Shown piece after piece: positions 11,198 to 20,831 of a stretch of DNA of 64,000 bases. The translations under genes and the position numbers were made by a program. The stretch lies in assembly GCA_026416665.1 (NCBI GenBank), contig JAOAET010000051.1, forward strand, positions 75,800 to 139,799, written 5' to 3'. This DNA is from Candidatus Omnitrophota bacterium. GTDB lineage: Bacteria; Omnitrophota; Gorgyraeia; Gygaellales; Profunditerraquicolaceae. The stretch's first letter is position 1. The number at the start of each line of letters is the position of its first letter. A model generated the notes under the pieces. The model was not told where the DNA came from and ran no database searches. It saw only the letters and a list, made by a program, of their open reading frames with translations.

Positions 11198-11566
11198 TTA
11201 ACTTTTTATTTCAATTTTTTTAGGAATACTTGAAGCTACTTTCTGTAAAGTAACCTTCAGTATCCCATTTTCATATTGGGCTTCTATTTTTTCTTTATCA
11301 ATCATATTACCCAAGATAAATTTGCGCATATACTCGTAGGGGCAGCGCTCACGATGAATAACCGTGTAACCTTTGGGAGGTTCACAACTTTTAGGTTTCC
11401 CTTTGATAATTAACTCATCATCCTGCAACTCAATGGAAATATCTTCTTTATTAAGTCCCACCATTTCTGCCTCTAAAATCACCTCTTTATCAGTCTGACG
11501 CACATTAACTAGAGGCTGGACAATTCTTTCACTTACCTGTTCATCTTTGTGTTTTAAGGCAGACAT
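11198..11566 (-). CDS. Hsp20 family protein, short N-terminus (second copy)
   Basis: Alpha-crystallin core, AQYENGILKV, C-terminal KKIEI. Confidence 0.9.
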   Translation of the reverse strand: MSALKHKDEQVSERIVQPLVNVRQTDKEVILEAEMVGLNKEDISIELQDDELIIKGKPKSCEPPKGYTVIHRERCPYEYMRKFILGNMIDKEKIEAQYENGILKVTLQKVASSIPKKIEIKS

Positions 11567-11610
11567 TATCTATCACCTCCTTTATATAGGAAGTTTTCGG
11601 ATAATAAGGA

Positions 11611-12081
11611 TTACTTTATTTCTAATTTTATTTGTTTAGGTTTTGCCTTTTCACTCTTAGGCAAAACAACCTCAAGAACGCCATTTTTGTAAGTAGCTTC
11701 TACCTTATCCGCCTGAACTTCTACAGGAAGGCGAATTGCCCTTTGAAAAGCACCATAGAATCTCTCAGTGCGGATATAGTCTTTTTCTTTTATATCTTTA
11801 TCCTGTTTTTTCTCTCCCTTAATAAACAGAGTATCACCTTGAACAGTCACCTCAATATCATCCTTGGTAAGTCCAGGTATATCGGCTTTTACCAGAAGAT
11901 TATCCTTAGAATCGTAGATATCTATTGCAGGGATCCAGGCACCATCCAGAAGTCCGACATGACGGCTGGTTTCCTGTGCAAGTGTTAGATTAAACAAACG
12001 ATTCATCTCTCTTTGGATCCTTTCTAAATCAGCAAAAGGATCCCACCAATCTTGTCTCGGTCTCCAGGTAATCAGCGCCAT
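11611..12081 (-). CDS. Hsp20 family protein (first copy)
   Basis: WDPF, ADIPG, ERFYGAFQR, ATYKNGVL. Confidence 0.93.
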   Translation of the reverse strand: MALITWRPRQDWWDPFADLERIQREMNRLFNLTLAQETSRHVGLLDGAWIPAIDIYDSKDNLLVKADIPGLTKDDIEVTVQGDTLFIKGEKKQDKDIKEKDYIRTERFYGAFQRAIRLPVEVQADKVEATYKNGVLEVVLPKSEKAKPKQIKLEIK

Positions 12082-12102
12082 AATCCATCCCTCCTTTCTT
12101 TT

Positions 12103-12129
12103 TTAGCACTCGTTCCACACAAGTGCTAA
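12103..12129. promoter_or_regulatory. CIRCE element (HrcA operator)
   Basis: TTAGCACTC-N9-AAGTGCTAA, one mismatch to consensus TTAGCACTC-N9-GAGTGCTAA, directly upstream of hsp20-groESL. Confidence 0.88.
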
Positions 12130-12147
12130 TAATTGGTTAAAAATTTT

Positions 12148-12438
12148 TTAAGTACTCTTGTATATCTTTTCCTCCATCTCTAGAACGTATTTAAGCCCAC
12201 TTAACTTAATCTTCTTTTCCTTCATAATATACCAGATGTGGCTGAGTTTGTTAAGTTCATTATGTGAATAAAGCCTTGCCTTACCTTTTTTGCGTGGTGG
12301 AGAAATTATAGACGCCTTATCAAGCTGCTTAAGCACCCATACTGGGATACCCAACAGCCTACTTACCACGCCACTAGTGTAGACGGGTTCATTATCATTA
12401 ATCTGAACCTTATCTCCATAATGGACTGCTTTTTTCAT
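12148..12438 (-). CDS. MerR-family HTH regulator, HspR-like
   Basis: EPVYTSGVVSRLLGI...P.R...RLYS..ELNKL; short MerR next to chaperone genes. Confidence 0.75.
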   Translation of the reverse strand: MKKAVHYGDKVQINDNEPVYTSGVVSRLLGIPVWVLKQLDKASIISPPRKKGKARLYSHNELNKLSHIWYIMKEKKIKLSGLKYVLEMEEKIYKST

Positions 12439-12447
12439 TCCACTTTT

Positions 12448-12476
12448 TTTATATCACGATTTTCGAAATTTGTCAA
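12448..12476 (-). promoter_or_regulatory. sigma70-type promoter of the MerR/HspR-like gene (near-leaderless)
   Basis: TTGACA-17 nt-TATAAA; -10 ends 9 nt before the ATG; no SD. Confidence 0.65.
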
Positions 12477-12762
12477 GTATTTTTTTAAAAATTTTTTTCT
12501 ATTTTCGAAATATTTTTTTCGATTTTGGCACTATCTATTGCTCCAAAAACTTTTAAATTTTAAATTAATTTTAATTGCACTTATCTATTATCTATCTTTA
12601 TTGATTCTCAAAAAAACACTTCTTCAAAGATAATCAAACCTTTCTATAATTTGATATCAAAATAAGAGCTGGCTATGTTTCTAAACTTAGAAGCAAAGTT
12701 ATCTATTTTTTATCAATATTTAGTAAAAGGTGTCTTAAATCTTTTATTTATTTTTATTGTAG

Positions 12763-12771
12763 TGGTATAAT
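12763..12771 (+). promoter_or_regulatory. Extended -10 promoter for phosphorylase/radical SAM operon
   Basis: TGgTATAAT about 40 nt upstream of ATG 12813. Confidence 0.5.
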
Positions 12772-12812
12772 AGCACATTGTGAAAAATAAATTATAACAA
12801 AATAAAGGAAGT

Positions 12813-13511
12813 ATGCAAGTGAATTATTTTCGGTATCTATTTGGAATAAATGCCTCAGAGATAAAGAAAACCTGTATAATTGTTCCACTGCTGCCTAAAA
12901 ATTTAGATAGTTGTTTTGAAAAAATATACAACTACAGAGGTTTACTTTACTCAGTAATTAATACACAAAACTGTTCCATTATCCGTACAGGAGTGGGAGC
13001 AGGGCTCTGTGGCGATGCGATTTTATACCTAAAAGAGACACAAGCAAGTAATCTTATTTTATTTGGTTCCTGTGGTTTGGTTCGACCTAAAAATAATTTA
13101 AAGATAGGAAGCCTTGTTGCGCCAGAGAAAAGCTTTAACTTAGAAAGTTTTACCAATCTTTTGAGAAAAAATATTAGCTGGCAAAACTATTACCCTAATA
13201 AGATTCTGTTAAAAAAAATATTTACGGCAATAGAGGGAATATGTAAAGTTACTTCCGCAACCATTGGCTCAATCTATTTAGAATCACAATATCTAGAATT
13301 GTTTAAAAAGAAAAAAGTCGATATTGTGGAGATGGAAGCCTCTGCTTTTTTCAGTGCAGCAAAGAAAATAAAAAGAAAAGCAGCAGCTTTATTTTATATA
13401 ACAGATATAGTGCCAGTAAAACCTTTTTGTCAACCACTAAACACGCAAGAGAAAATAACTTTAAACAAAATAATTACAAATACTTTATTAACACTATGTC
13501 ATCTTTCATAA
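12813..13511 (+). CDS. Nucleoside phosphorylase superfamily protein (PNP/UDP-like)
   Basis: TGVGA, ILFGSCG, DIVEMEASA, YITD motifs. Confidence 0.75.
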   Translation: MQVNYFRYLFGINASEIKKTCIIVPLLPKNLDSCFEKIYNYRGLLYSVINTQNCSIIRTGVGAGLCGDAILYLKETQASNLILFGSCGLVRPKNNLKIGSLVAPEKSFNLESFTNLLRKNISWQNYYPNKILLKKIFTAIEGICKVTSATIGSIYLESQYLELFKKKKVDIVEMEASAFFSAAKKIKRKAAALFYITDIVPVKPFCQPLNTQEKITLNKIITNTLLTLCHLS

Positions 13512-14848
13512 CACAATATCAGCATCTTAAACTGATAAGCTCTTTCGTAAAAAAGAAATTTAGACACTTCGGTGTAAACAAAAAACAAGAGATTATCCGG
13601 CTTGTTTATGAAATATGTAAAAGAGAAAACCTAAAACCTCAGACAGTCCTAAAAGATTTACCAGTGGGAGAATTCCACGCTTTAAAAGATTATTTAGTTT
13701 GTCGTCGTTTCCCCATTGCCTATGCACACAATCAAACAAGAACACTACATTTACCTAAATTAAAATTAGATAAAAGTAAAATCTTCGCGGCATCATCTAA
13801 AGATTTTTATCCACGAAAAATTATTGTGGAAAAAAGAGTCCGCGATTCAGTACTTACTAAAAAATTTACTTCTTATTTTCCAGATGCTAAATTAAAAGAA
13901 ATAGACACTTTAAAATCTTTTATAAAAAAATACCGTTGTCTTAAGGCCTTTGACTATAATCACCGAACAGATACTGTAATTATCATACATCAACCAGCGG
14001 ATTTTTTTAAACGCTGTCCCTGTACCAAATATGCGGTGGGATGTAACTATAATATTTTTAATCTCAGCTTTGGCTGCATATTTGAGTGCACATACTGCTT
14101 TCTCCAGGAATACACCAATAGCCCAGGAATACTTTTCCCCGCTAATCTTGATTCATTTTTTGAGGCATTTAAAAATTATGTGGGTAATTTTAAAAGATTA
14201 GGCAGTGGGGAATTCTCCGACTCTCTTATGTTAGATAACGTTACTGAATACTCTCAAGAAATTATTGCCTTTTTTAAAAAATATCCAAGTGTTCTTTTTG
14301 AATTTAAAACTAAAAGCTGCCAAATAAACAATCTTCTGTCTGCGCGTCATAAAGGAAATATTGTTGTTGGCTGGTCATTTAACCCAGAATGCATTATTAA
14401 GGAAAATGAGTTTTATACTGCTAGTCTCCAACAAAGACTCATAGCCGCCCAAAAATGTGTCCAAGCGGATTACAAAATAGCCTGCCATTTTGACCCAATC
14501 ATTTATTTTCAAGATTGGCGAAAAGAATATGAAAACCTTATTGAAAAAATTTTCAATTACTTAAAGCCCAAAGATATCGCTTGGATAAGCTTGGGCACTT
14601 TACGTTTCAATCCTGCATTAAAAACTATAATTGAAACACGTTTTCCCCTTAACAGGATCTTAGATGCTGAATTAGTTTATGGATACGACAGAAAATTACG
14701 CTATCCCGATGTCCTGCGCAGAGATATTTACCAGTATATGATTAGACTACTCAAAAAACACAACAAAAACATACCTGTTTATTTATGTATGGAAAATGTA
14801 AATATGTGGCGGCTAGTTGGATTGTCGTTGCCTCAACAAATTATTTAA
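13496..14848 (+). CDS. Spore-photoproduct-lyase-like radical SAM protein with N-terminal extension
   Basis: CIFECTYC radical SAM motif, GEFSDSL, FEFKTKS, HFDPII, VYLCME; start moved to ATG 13496. Confidence 0.8.
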   Translation: MSSFITQYQHLKLISSFVKKKFRHFGVNKKQEIIRLVYEICKRENLKPQTVLKDLPVGEFHALKDYLVCRRFPIAYAHNQTRTLHLPKLKLDKSKIFAASSKDFYPRKIIVEKRVRDSVLTKKFTSYFPDAKLKEIDTLKSFIKKYRCLKAFDYNHRTDTVIIIHQPADFFKRCPCTKYAVGCNYNIFNLSFGCIFECTYCFLQEYTNSPGILFPANLDSFFEAFKNYVGNFKRLGSGEFSDSLMLDNVTEYSQEIIAFFKKYPSVLFEFKTKSCQINNLLSARHKGNIVVGWSFNPECIIKENEFYTASLQQRLIAAQKCVQADYKIACHFDPIIYFQDWRKEYENLIEKIFNYLKPKDIAWISLGTLRFNPALKTIIETRFPLNRILDAELVYGYDRKLRYPDVLRRDIYQYMIRLLKKHNKNIPVYLCMENVNMWRLVGLSLPQQII

Positions 14849-15007
14849 ATCTATAAAAATAAATCACTCATTAAAATTCACCTATAGTTACCTATCGGTT
14901 TAATAAAAACCTCTTTATTTGGTAACCGTCAACATTAACAGACATAACCTACTTTTTTGTGGAAATTAAAAATAAACTTTACTAATATTATATAAAGCTA
15001 TCATCTA

Positions 15008-17041
15008 TTATTTCTCTGTCTTTTCAATTTCAGAAAGAGGAAGTAAACTGTCTTCAATTTGTCTTTCTAGGTATTTCTCTACAAAACCAGGTATGGAATC
15101 ACGAAGGCGTTGTTTAAAATCCGATTCAAGCCATTGAAAATTGATATTATTGAGTTCTCCTGAAAGTTTAAAATCGAAGGTAAGCATAGAAATTTCCTTG
15201 CCTACTAATCTTAGAAGTGGCTTAAATTTATTTGAATTCTGTAATAAATCTTTATGAATGCTTAAAGAAAGCTTACTAGTAACTAAATTATTATTACCAA
15301 GCCAGAAATCACCTGTTAAAATAATGTTTTTTGACCTTACGTTTAACTTATGTAGCCCAGCACCTTGTGAATTAACCTTGAAAAAGGAATGTGCGCGTTC
15401 AAAATTTACCTGAGTAAGCGGTAATGAAAAAGATGAACTCAACCATTTCAAGAACTCAAAATCTTTAGCATACCCATTACGGATAATAAATGATCCCTTT
15501 ATCGCTTGCTCAGGGACATTTCTAAATTCTAATTGACCAGAGATTTTACCATATACCTTGGCAAAATGGATAACTAAACGTTCCAATTTATTGCTGGAAA
15601 CATCTTTATATCTAATTGTTGTATTAACTTCGGGTATCGCTTTAGTTATATCTATCCAATTACGACCGTAAAGTATTCCATCATATAATCGGCTGTGGAA
15701 GTACGCAATCTTCGCTTTAAGTGGTGCACAGTTAATTTTTATCTTTAACTGTGATAAAGGAAGGAAATATTCGTTAGTTTCGGTGAGTATATTAAATTGA
15801 GCCTCACTAATATCTGCTGTAAGTAAAGGAAAAGCCTGTCCATTTATCTTTACATTATTAAGTTTTATTTTCATATTCTCAAGAGGAGTAGTCTTAACAT
15901 TTTTCTGTAAAAATAAAAATTCAACCAGAATATCTCCCGAAAAAATTTTTTCTCCGTAATGGCCCTGTATAAGTGTTTCTAAACGTTTTACATTTAATTG
16001 TTGTTGAGCGGTATCCTTAAGTCGTCTAAACTGGGCAGACAAATTAACATTGAAATCTATGGCCTTCTCAGAAGAAGATACTATAGAGCCATTAAATTTT
16101 ACAGGATTATTGTTAATAGAAAAACTAAGATTATCTATATCTATTTTAGGAAAATCTTTAATATTAATCACACTATCTATATCTAAGATAAAAAGATCAA
16201 CAACTGGTAATAAGCCACCTTTAGGCGGCGGCGGGAAACCTCTTAGAAAATTTTCAATACGTTCCTTAATACTCAAATATGGCGCAATGTAATTGCCCTC
16301 TTTAAATAAGGTATTAATAAAACAAAACCCTTTTGTTCGAATGATTCCTCTGGTTATATTACCCCATAGTTTTGTATAAAGATTTTCTCGAATGATTTCA
16401 ATATTATCAAAAACAAAATCATTATCACTAAATCTTCCGTAAGCAATAAATTCCCACGGTAAAAAAACTCTCTGCTGAGAATTAATGTAAGAAACCGCCC
16501 CGTAACTATAAAAATTATCATTTTTCAACTTCAGGTAAAAACGTATTTCAAAATTATCCGAAGAGACTTGTTTTAATTGAAATTTTTTTACAATAAACCG
16601 TAAATCTTTTTTGGGTAAATCAAGAAGTAACTCAATGACCTTTTTACCATAAAGTGCCAGGAAATTCCTGAATACTTCTTCTTCAGTATTTACCTCATAA
16701 AAGCATATATCGGTTATTTCAATTTGTCCATAACGGATAAACTTAATTATGGAAAATTTTACCAAAACGAGAGGAACGGAAAAGATAGTTCTATTCACCG
16801 CCTCTTTGTTTTCCACTAAAGAGATGTTTTTAAGAAATATAAAATTAGGGGGTAGGTAAAGGACACGCTCAACAAAGAGCTCTTGGGGTAAATAGGCTCT
16901 ACCAATCGTGCGTAAGGTATCTTTAAGAAAACCAAGTGTAATATTTACTATAATTAACGCGGAAAGTAGAACTAATAAAATAACACCAGTAAAAAATATA
17001 CGTTTTTTTAATTTAGTAGTTGATACGCGCAAAGAGTTCAC
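15008..17041 (-). CDS. Large beta-rich envelope protein, possibly AsmA-like
   Basis: Single N-terminal TM, beta-rich body, LYDGILYG and C-terminal FKLSG.L pattern reminiscent of AsmA C-termini. Confidence 0.45.
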   Translation of the reverse strand: MNSLRVSTTKLKKRIFFTGVILLVLLSALIIVNITLGFLKDTLRTIGRAYLPQELFVERVLYLPPNFIFLKNISLVENKEAVNRTIFSVPLVLVKFSIIKFIRYGQIEITDICFYEVNTEEEVFRNFLALYGKKVIELLLDLPKKDLRFIVKKFQLKQVSSDNFEIRFYLKLKNDNFYSYGAVSYINSQQRVFLPWEFIAYGRFSDNDFVFDNIEIIRENLYTKLWGNITRGIIRTKGFCFINTLFKEGNYIAPYLSIKERIENFLRGFPPPPKGGLLPVVDLFILDIDSVINIKDFPKIDIDNLSFSINNNPVKFNGSIVSSSEKAIDFNVNLSAQFRRLKDTAQQQLNVKRLETLIQGHYGEKIFSGDILVEFLFLQKNVKTTPLENMKIKLNNVKINGQAFPLLTADISEAQFNILTETNEYFLPLSQLKIKINCAPLKAKIAYFHSRLYDGILYGRNWIDITKAIPEVNTTIRYKDVSSNKLERLVIHFAKVYGKISGQLEFRNVPEQAIKGSFIIRNGYAKDFEFLKWLSSSFSLPLTQVNFERAHSFFKVNSQGAGLHKLNVRSKNIILTGDFWLGNNNLVTSKLSLSIHKDLLQNSNKFKPLLRLVGKEISMLTFDFKLSGELNNINFQWLESDFKQRLRDSIPGFVEKYLERQIEDSLLPLSEIEKTEK

Positions 17042-17549
17042 CGTTTATGGAGAATTCAACTTTATCAATGAAGTAGCGAACACAAAGTTTGCGCTTTAAA
17101 GCAGATACATAAGAAATTGTCTTTGATTCTCTAAAAACTAAACTGAGTCGTTGGCAGGATATTATTAGTTGTGTAAGTTTTTCTGTAGTAGATTCATCGC
17201 CCAGATACTGGGCAATTTCCCGTAAATAACATAAAGCAAAAACAGAAGCAACAGAATCGGGGTAACGATCAATAAACTTTAAAAAAGTGGTGGTTGCCTG
17301 TCGATAGTTTCTTTCTATAAAATAATATTCTCCAACTGCAAAAAGAGCCTGTTCACTATACCGCGAAGAAGGAAATTGCTCTAAGAGATTATTAAAATAC
17401 AAAAAAGCAAAATCAAGATTACCACTTTGTACTTGTTGGCTAGCTAAACTGAAGAGCTCGTATTCACTAAGAGAAGGTATCTGTGCCCCTGCAATCAGAG
17501 GACAAATTAAAGTAAAAATAAATATAAAAACATATTGTAATTTTAGCAT
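17013..17549 (-). CDS. Secreted TPR protein (BamD/CpoB-like repeats)
   Basis: Signal peptide; FPSSRYSEQALF, YPDS TPR motifs; start moved to ATG 17549 with SD GAGGAG. Confidence 0.7.
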   Translation of the reverse strand: MLKLQYVFIFIFTLICPLIAGAQIPSLSEYELFSLASQQVQSGNLDFAFLYFNNLLEQFPSSRYSEQALFAVGEYYFIERNYRQATTTFLKFIDRYPDSVASVFALCYLREIAQYLGDESTTEKLTQLIISCQRLSLVFRESKTISYVSALKRKLCVRYFIDKVEFSINGELFARINY

Positions 17550-17573
17550 ATTAATCTTCTCCTCATTTTTTAT

Positions 17574-17602
17574 ATTATACCGCCACAAACTGTCCTGGTC
17601 AA
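17574..17602 (-). promoter_or_regulatory. sigma70-type promoter
   Basis: TTGACC-17 nt-TATAAT. Confidence 0.7.
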
Positions 17603-17684
17603 TTTTTACTTAAATAACAAAACAATTTAGAGATTTTGTATTAGGAAGTCTGAAGAAAGTTTTTTCCTCATATTTATAAAATCT

Positions 17685-19871
17685 CTAAACTAACGGTGGA
17701 AGAGAAAACACTGGATGCTGAACCTGTTGAAGATAAGCTATTAACTCTTCAGCAGTAGTAGCAACATCTTCATCAGCAATCTTCTCTAATAAGTCGGGAA
17801 TCTTTAGTTCCTCGCACCGTCTCTTTAATTTATCTGCCAACAACTGTTTTAACTCCTTAGGCATCCAAACCACTCTTTTTAAACCATCTTCTGCAAGGAT
17901 AAACTTCTTACTTGTCAAATAAAGTTTACCGACTCCTAAAAAACCAGGTGTCTGAACCCCTCCTCCTACTGAACCAGCTAAACTAGTAAAAGTCATTCCT
18001 ACTGGTGTCATACCACTGTAGTCCCTATGCACAACCATTACTCCGTTCACTTCTGGAACAATTGCTACAATACATTCAAAGCACCCACAGGAAGATTGTG
18101 GACAATCCATCAATGAATACATACTTACTCGTTCTATTGTTTTGTTAGATCTCTCATAGATAAACTGGTTTATCTTTTCCCATTGCCCCAATCTTTGATC
18201 AAGCAGCTTTCCTTTTTCCAAAGGTTGATTAGGCCCAGTAGGGTTAATCTCGTAGGATGCCTTCGCGTCTAACCAAGAATACGCACCACAAAGCCCTAGT
18301 CTTTCTGGAGTAATAATACAAACATGATTAGGAGCAAAACTTTGACATAAAGTACAACTGTAAAAAGTTTCTACGCTTTCATCAGTCATACCACTTATCC
18401 GCTCATCTCGCTCGTCAAAGACCTTTTTGGTAGCTGGCAATAATCGCTGAACGTCTTCTTGTCGCGTATAAATCTTTACCTGCACTTTATCTACAATTGC
18501 GCTAAATTCTTGATGTAACATAGCGTGGAGAATTTTTCCGATGTGCTTTAGACGAAATCCCTTGTTGAACGCCTCTTTAGATATCCGAATCCAAATCATA
18601 TCACGTTGACCAATATGCATTAAACCTTGGGCGTAGTTAATGAAACGATGAATCTGTCGTTCTAAAATTGGTTCAAAGTCTTTTATCATCTTTCTTCCAC
18701 CGACTTCCACACAGATAGCCAATGGCATACTCTTTTTTTCAAAAGGCAGCTGGTCAATATCTTCGCCTATAATCTGACAACTACCATCAATTATTTCATC
18801 CATATTTTTTACCGTAAGAAATTCAAAAGCCACCGATGCCTTTCCACCAAACTCAACATAAAGCTGTTCTTTACGGACACGCTCACCTTCAAATGCAGGG
18901 GCATAGGCAACAGGTATATCTATTTTGTTAATCTTGACTTTAATACCGCGAATTTGAATACATTTTTCTACAATTTTAGTATAATCTTTTTCTGTAACTA
19001 ATGCTTCATGAAGAGTAGTCTGGATTTTTCCTAATTGTGGCACTTCTAAATCCGTAATAATTGGAAATCCGAAAGCTAAAACCCCTAAACCTGTAGCAAC
19101 AATTACTTCATCGAGATAAGACAGCAGTACTACAAACGCGGGAACACGATTCTTGATATACTCGGTAATACCCTGCCATTGTCCAGGCTTGTATCCGCCA
19201 TAGATCAAAGGCGCACGCACAGCAAAATTAACTGCATAAATAGCAGACAAGTAATCTTCTCCCAATGGCACAATGTAGTTATCTAAACCAATTTCCACTT
19301 TTTTCTCTTCTAGTTGTTTTTTAAAAGAAAACCCTTTTGTTGACCCTACTAAGATACTAACAATACTTTTAGATTGAAAATCCCGCACAAGCTGCACTGC
19401 TTTGTCTGCGTCCTGGGCAGGACCTAAGATAACTGCAATCCCAGCAATTCTTCCATCTACCAACTGTATTCCTAACGAACGTAAAATATTATCTGGCAGA
19501 AAACCGATACAACCTTTTGTGGGATGCAGGCCTAATTTTGTGTTAACAGATGCCAAAACCTCCTCATATAAAAGAGTGGCTATTCCTTTATTAAGGATTC
19601 CATCTAATGCCTCAATAAAAAATCCTTGCGAAGTAGGTTTATTAAAAACTAATCTCTCTGCCTCTGACAGAACCTCTAAACAATCGTTCGCGGTTTTTAC
19701 TTCTTTTTGTAAGAGGGCCAAAGATAACGGTAGATAGTAATTAGTATGAGGAAAAGATACAGTGGTATCTTTTCCTTTTTCGGTAATAAACTTATCCAAA
19801 GTCTCTTTAGTATGCTTCAATATAGCCTCTGTCCCTTTTGTTCCTGCTTGCACCAAGATATCAATTGACAT
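17685..19871 (-). CDS. acsB: Acetyl-CoA synthase (CODH/ACS A-cluster subunit), bacterial type
   Basis: FEGERVR, CTLCQSFAPNHVC...GLCGA, SCGCFE A-cluster ligands; N-terminal FP.T.YYLP domain. Confidence 0.95.
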   Translation of the reverse strand: MSIDILVQAGTKGTEAILKHTKETLDKFITEKGKDTTVSFPHTNYYLPLSLALLQKEVKTANDCLEVLSEAERLVFNKPTSQGFFIEALDGILNKGIATLLYEEVLASVNTKLGLHPTKGCIGFLPDNILRSLGIQLVDGRIAGIAVILGPAQDADKAVQLVRDFQSKSIVSILVGSTKGFSFKKQLEEKKVEIGLDNYIVPLGEDYLSAIYAVNFAVRAPLIYGGYKPGQWQGITEYIKNRVPAFVVLLSYLDEVIVATGLGVLAFGFPIITDLEVPQLGKIQTTLHEALVTEKDYTKIVEKCIQIRGIKVKINKIDIPVAYAPAFEGERVRKEQLYVEFGGKASVAFEFLTVKNMDEIIDGSCQIIGEDIDQLPFEKKSMPLAICVEVGGRKMIKDFEPILERQIHRFINYAQGLMHIGQRDMIWIRISKEAFNKGFRLKHIGKILHAMLHQEFSAIVDKVQVKIYTRQEDVQRLLPATKKVFDERDERISGMTDESVETFYSCTLCQSFAPNHVCIITPERLGLCGAYSWLDAKASYEINPTGPNQPLEKGKLLDQRLGQWEKINQFIYERSNKTIERVSMYSLMDCPQSSCGCFECIVAIVPEVNGVMVVHRDYSGMTPVGMTFTSLAGSVGGGVQTPGFLGVGKLYLTSKKFILAEDGLKRVVWMPKELKQLLADKLKRRCEELKIPDLLEKIADEDVATTAEELIAYLQQVQHPVFSLPPLV

Positions 19872-20820
19872 TTGTCCTCCTTAAAAATCGTATTGTTTCA
19901 ACAAGACGCTCTGCCTGTTGTGTAGTTGTCCGCCAATCCTTAAATTTCACTTCCTCGTTAGGTTGACAACAAACAGAACCACAAGCGAAGATATATGGTT
20001 CAGAAGTTGCCATATCTTTGTCAACTACGACTGCATTATTAACAAGGGCCATACCTGTATCTTCTAGGAAGTCAGTGGCTGGTTGCTTTTGCCCCATTAC
20101 CCCTATCCAACAAACACCGATGATCTTTCCGTTGTCTAATTTAATCGCCTGAACACCTGATTCCCCGATTATCTCAACAACTTTAGTAGGAATCACCTCT
20201 ACCATAGATGAAGAGAAGTCTACTTTTTGATTTGTTATAAGTTTCACTTCAACTCTTTTTTTTATTAGTATATCAATGACTAAGGAAGTAAAATGGTTAA
20301 CTCCTAATAAAGCTACCGTATCCTGAGTAATAGTATTTTTTAACTGCTTGAAATCTGCAAGGCTATCAAATACGAAAACACCATTTTTGTTAATACCTAC
20401 TATATCGTTAGGCAAAACTGTTTTTGTACCGGAACAGATAACTAAATAATCGTAATTGATAGTATCTCTCTTTTCTTGATACCGAAAAGACACCGACTTA
20501 CGTTTAGAGTTGACTGACACTACCGTATGTTCAGGTAAAAAGAAAATATTTCGTTTCTGATAATCCTCCTGCCCTAAGACAAACAATTCTTTCTCTTTTA
20601 CTTTTCCTTCCCAGAAAGAAAAAAGTTTTCTGCGGTCATAAAAAGGATATTTTTCCTGACTTAGTATAGCTATTCCAATATCATCTTTAAACACTTCTCT
20701 TAACTTGTAAGCAACCGTATGTGCAGCAACAGACCCTCCCACGATTACAAATCGTTGGTCAAAATTATCCTGCCATTTTTCTATGAAGTGTTCGGTAATA
20801 TCCTGTTTCTGCTGTGCCAT
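19861..20820 (-). CDS. Pyridine nucleotide-disulfide oxidoreductase-fold flavoprotein, degenerate motifs
   Basis: IVGGSVAA, YDRRKL, YDYLVICSG, IFACGS; start moved to ATG 20820. Confidence 0.7.
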   Translation of the reverse strand: MAQQKQDITEHFIEKWQDNFDQRFVIVGGSVAAHTVAYKLREVFKDDIGIAILSQEKYPFYDRRKLFSFWEGKVKEKELFVLGQEDYQKRNIFFLPEHTVVSVNSKRKSVSFRYQEKRDTINYDYLVICSGTKTVLPNDIVGINKNGVFVFDSLADFKQLKNTITQDTVALLGVNHFTSLVIDILIKKRVEVKLITNQKVDFSSSMVEVIPTKVVEIIGESGVQAIKLDNGKIIGVCWIGVMGQKQPATDFLEDTGMALVNNAVVVDKDMATSEPYIFACGSVCCQPNEEVKFKDWRTTTQQAERLVETIRFLRRTNVN

Positions 20821-20831
20821 AGTTTCTAATT

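Noticed and set aside
12421-12633. Phe/Leu-rich 70-aa ORF as a small membrane toxin
   Set aside because: Arises from T-rich promoter DNA, overlaps the MerR start and promoter, no RBS
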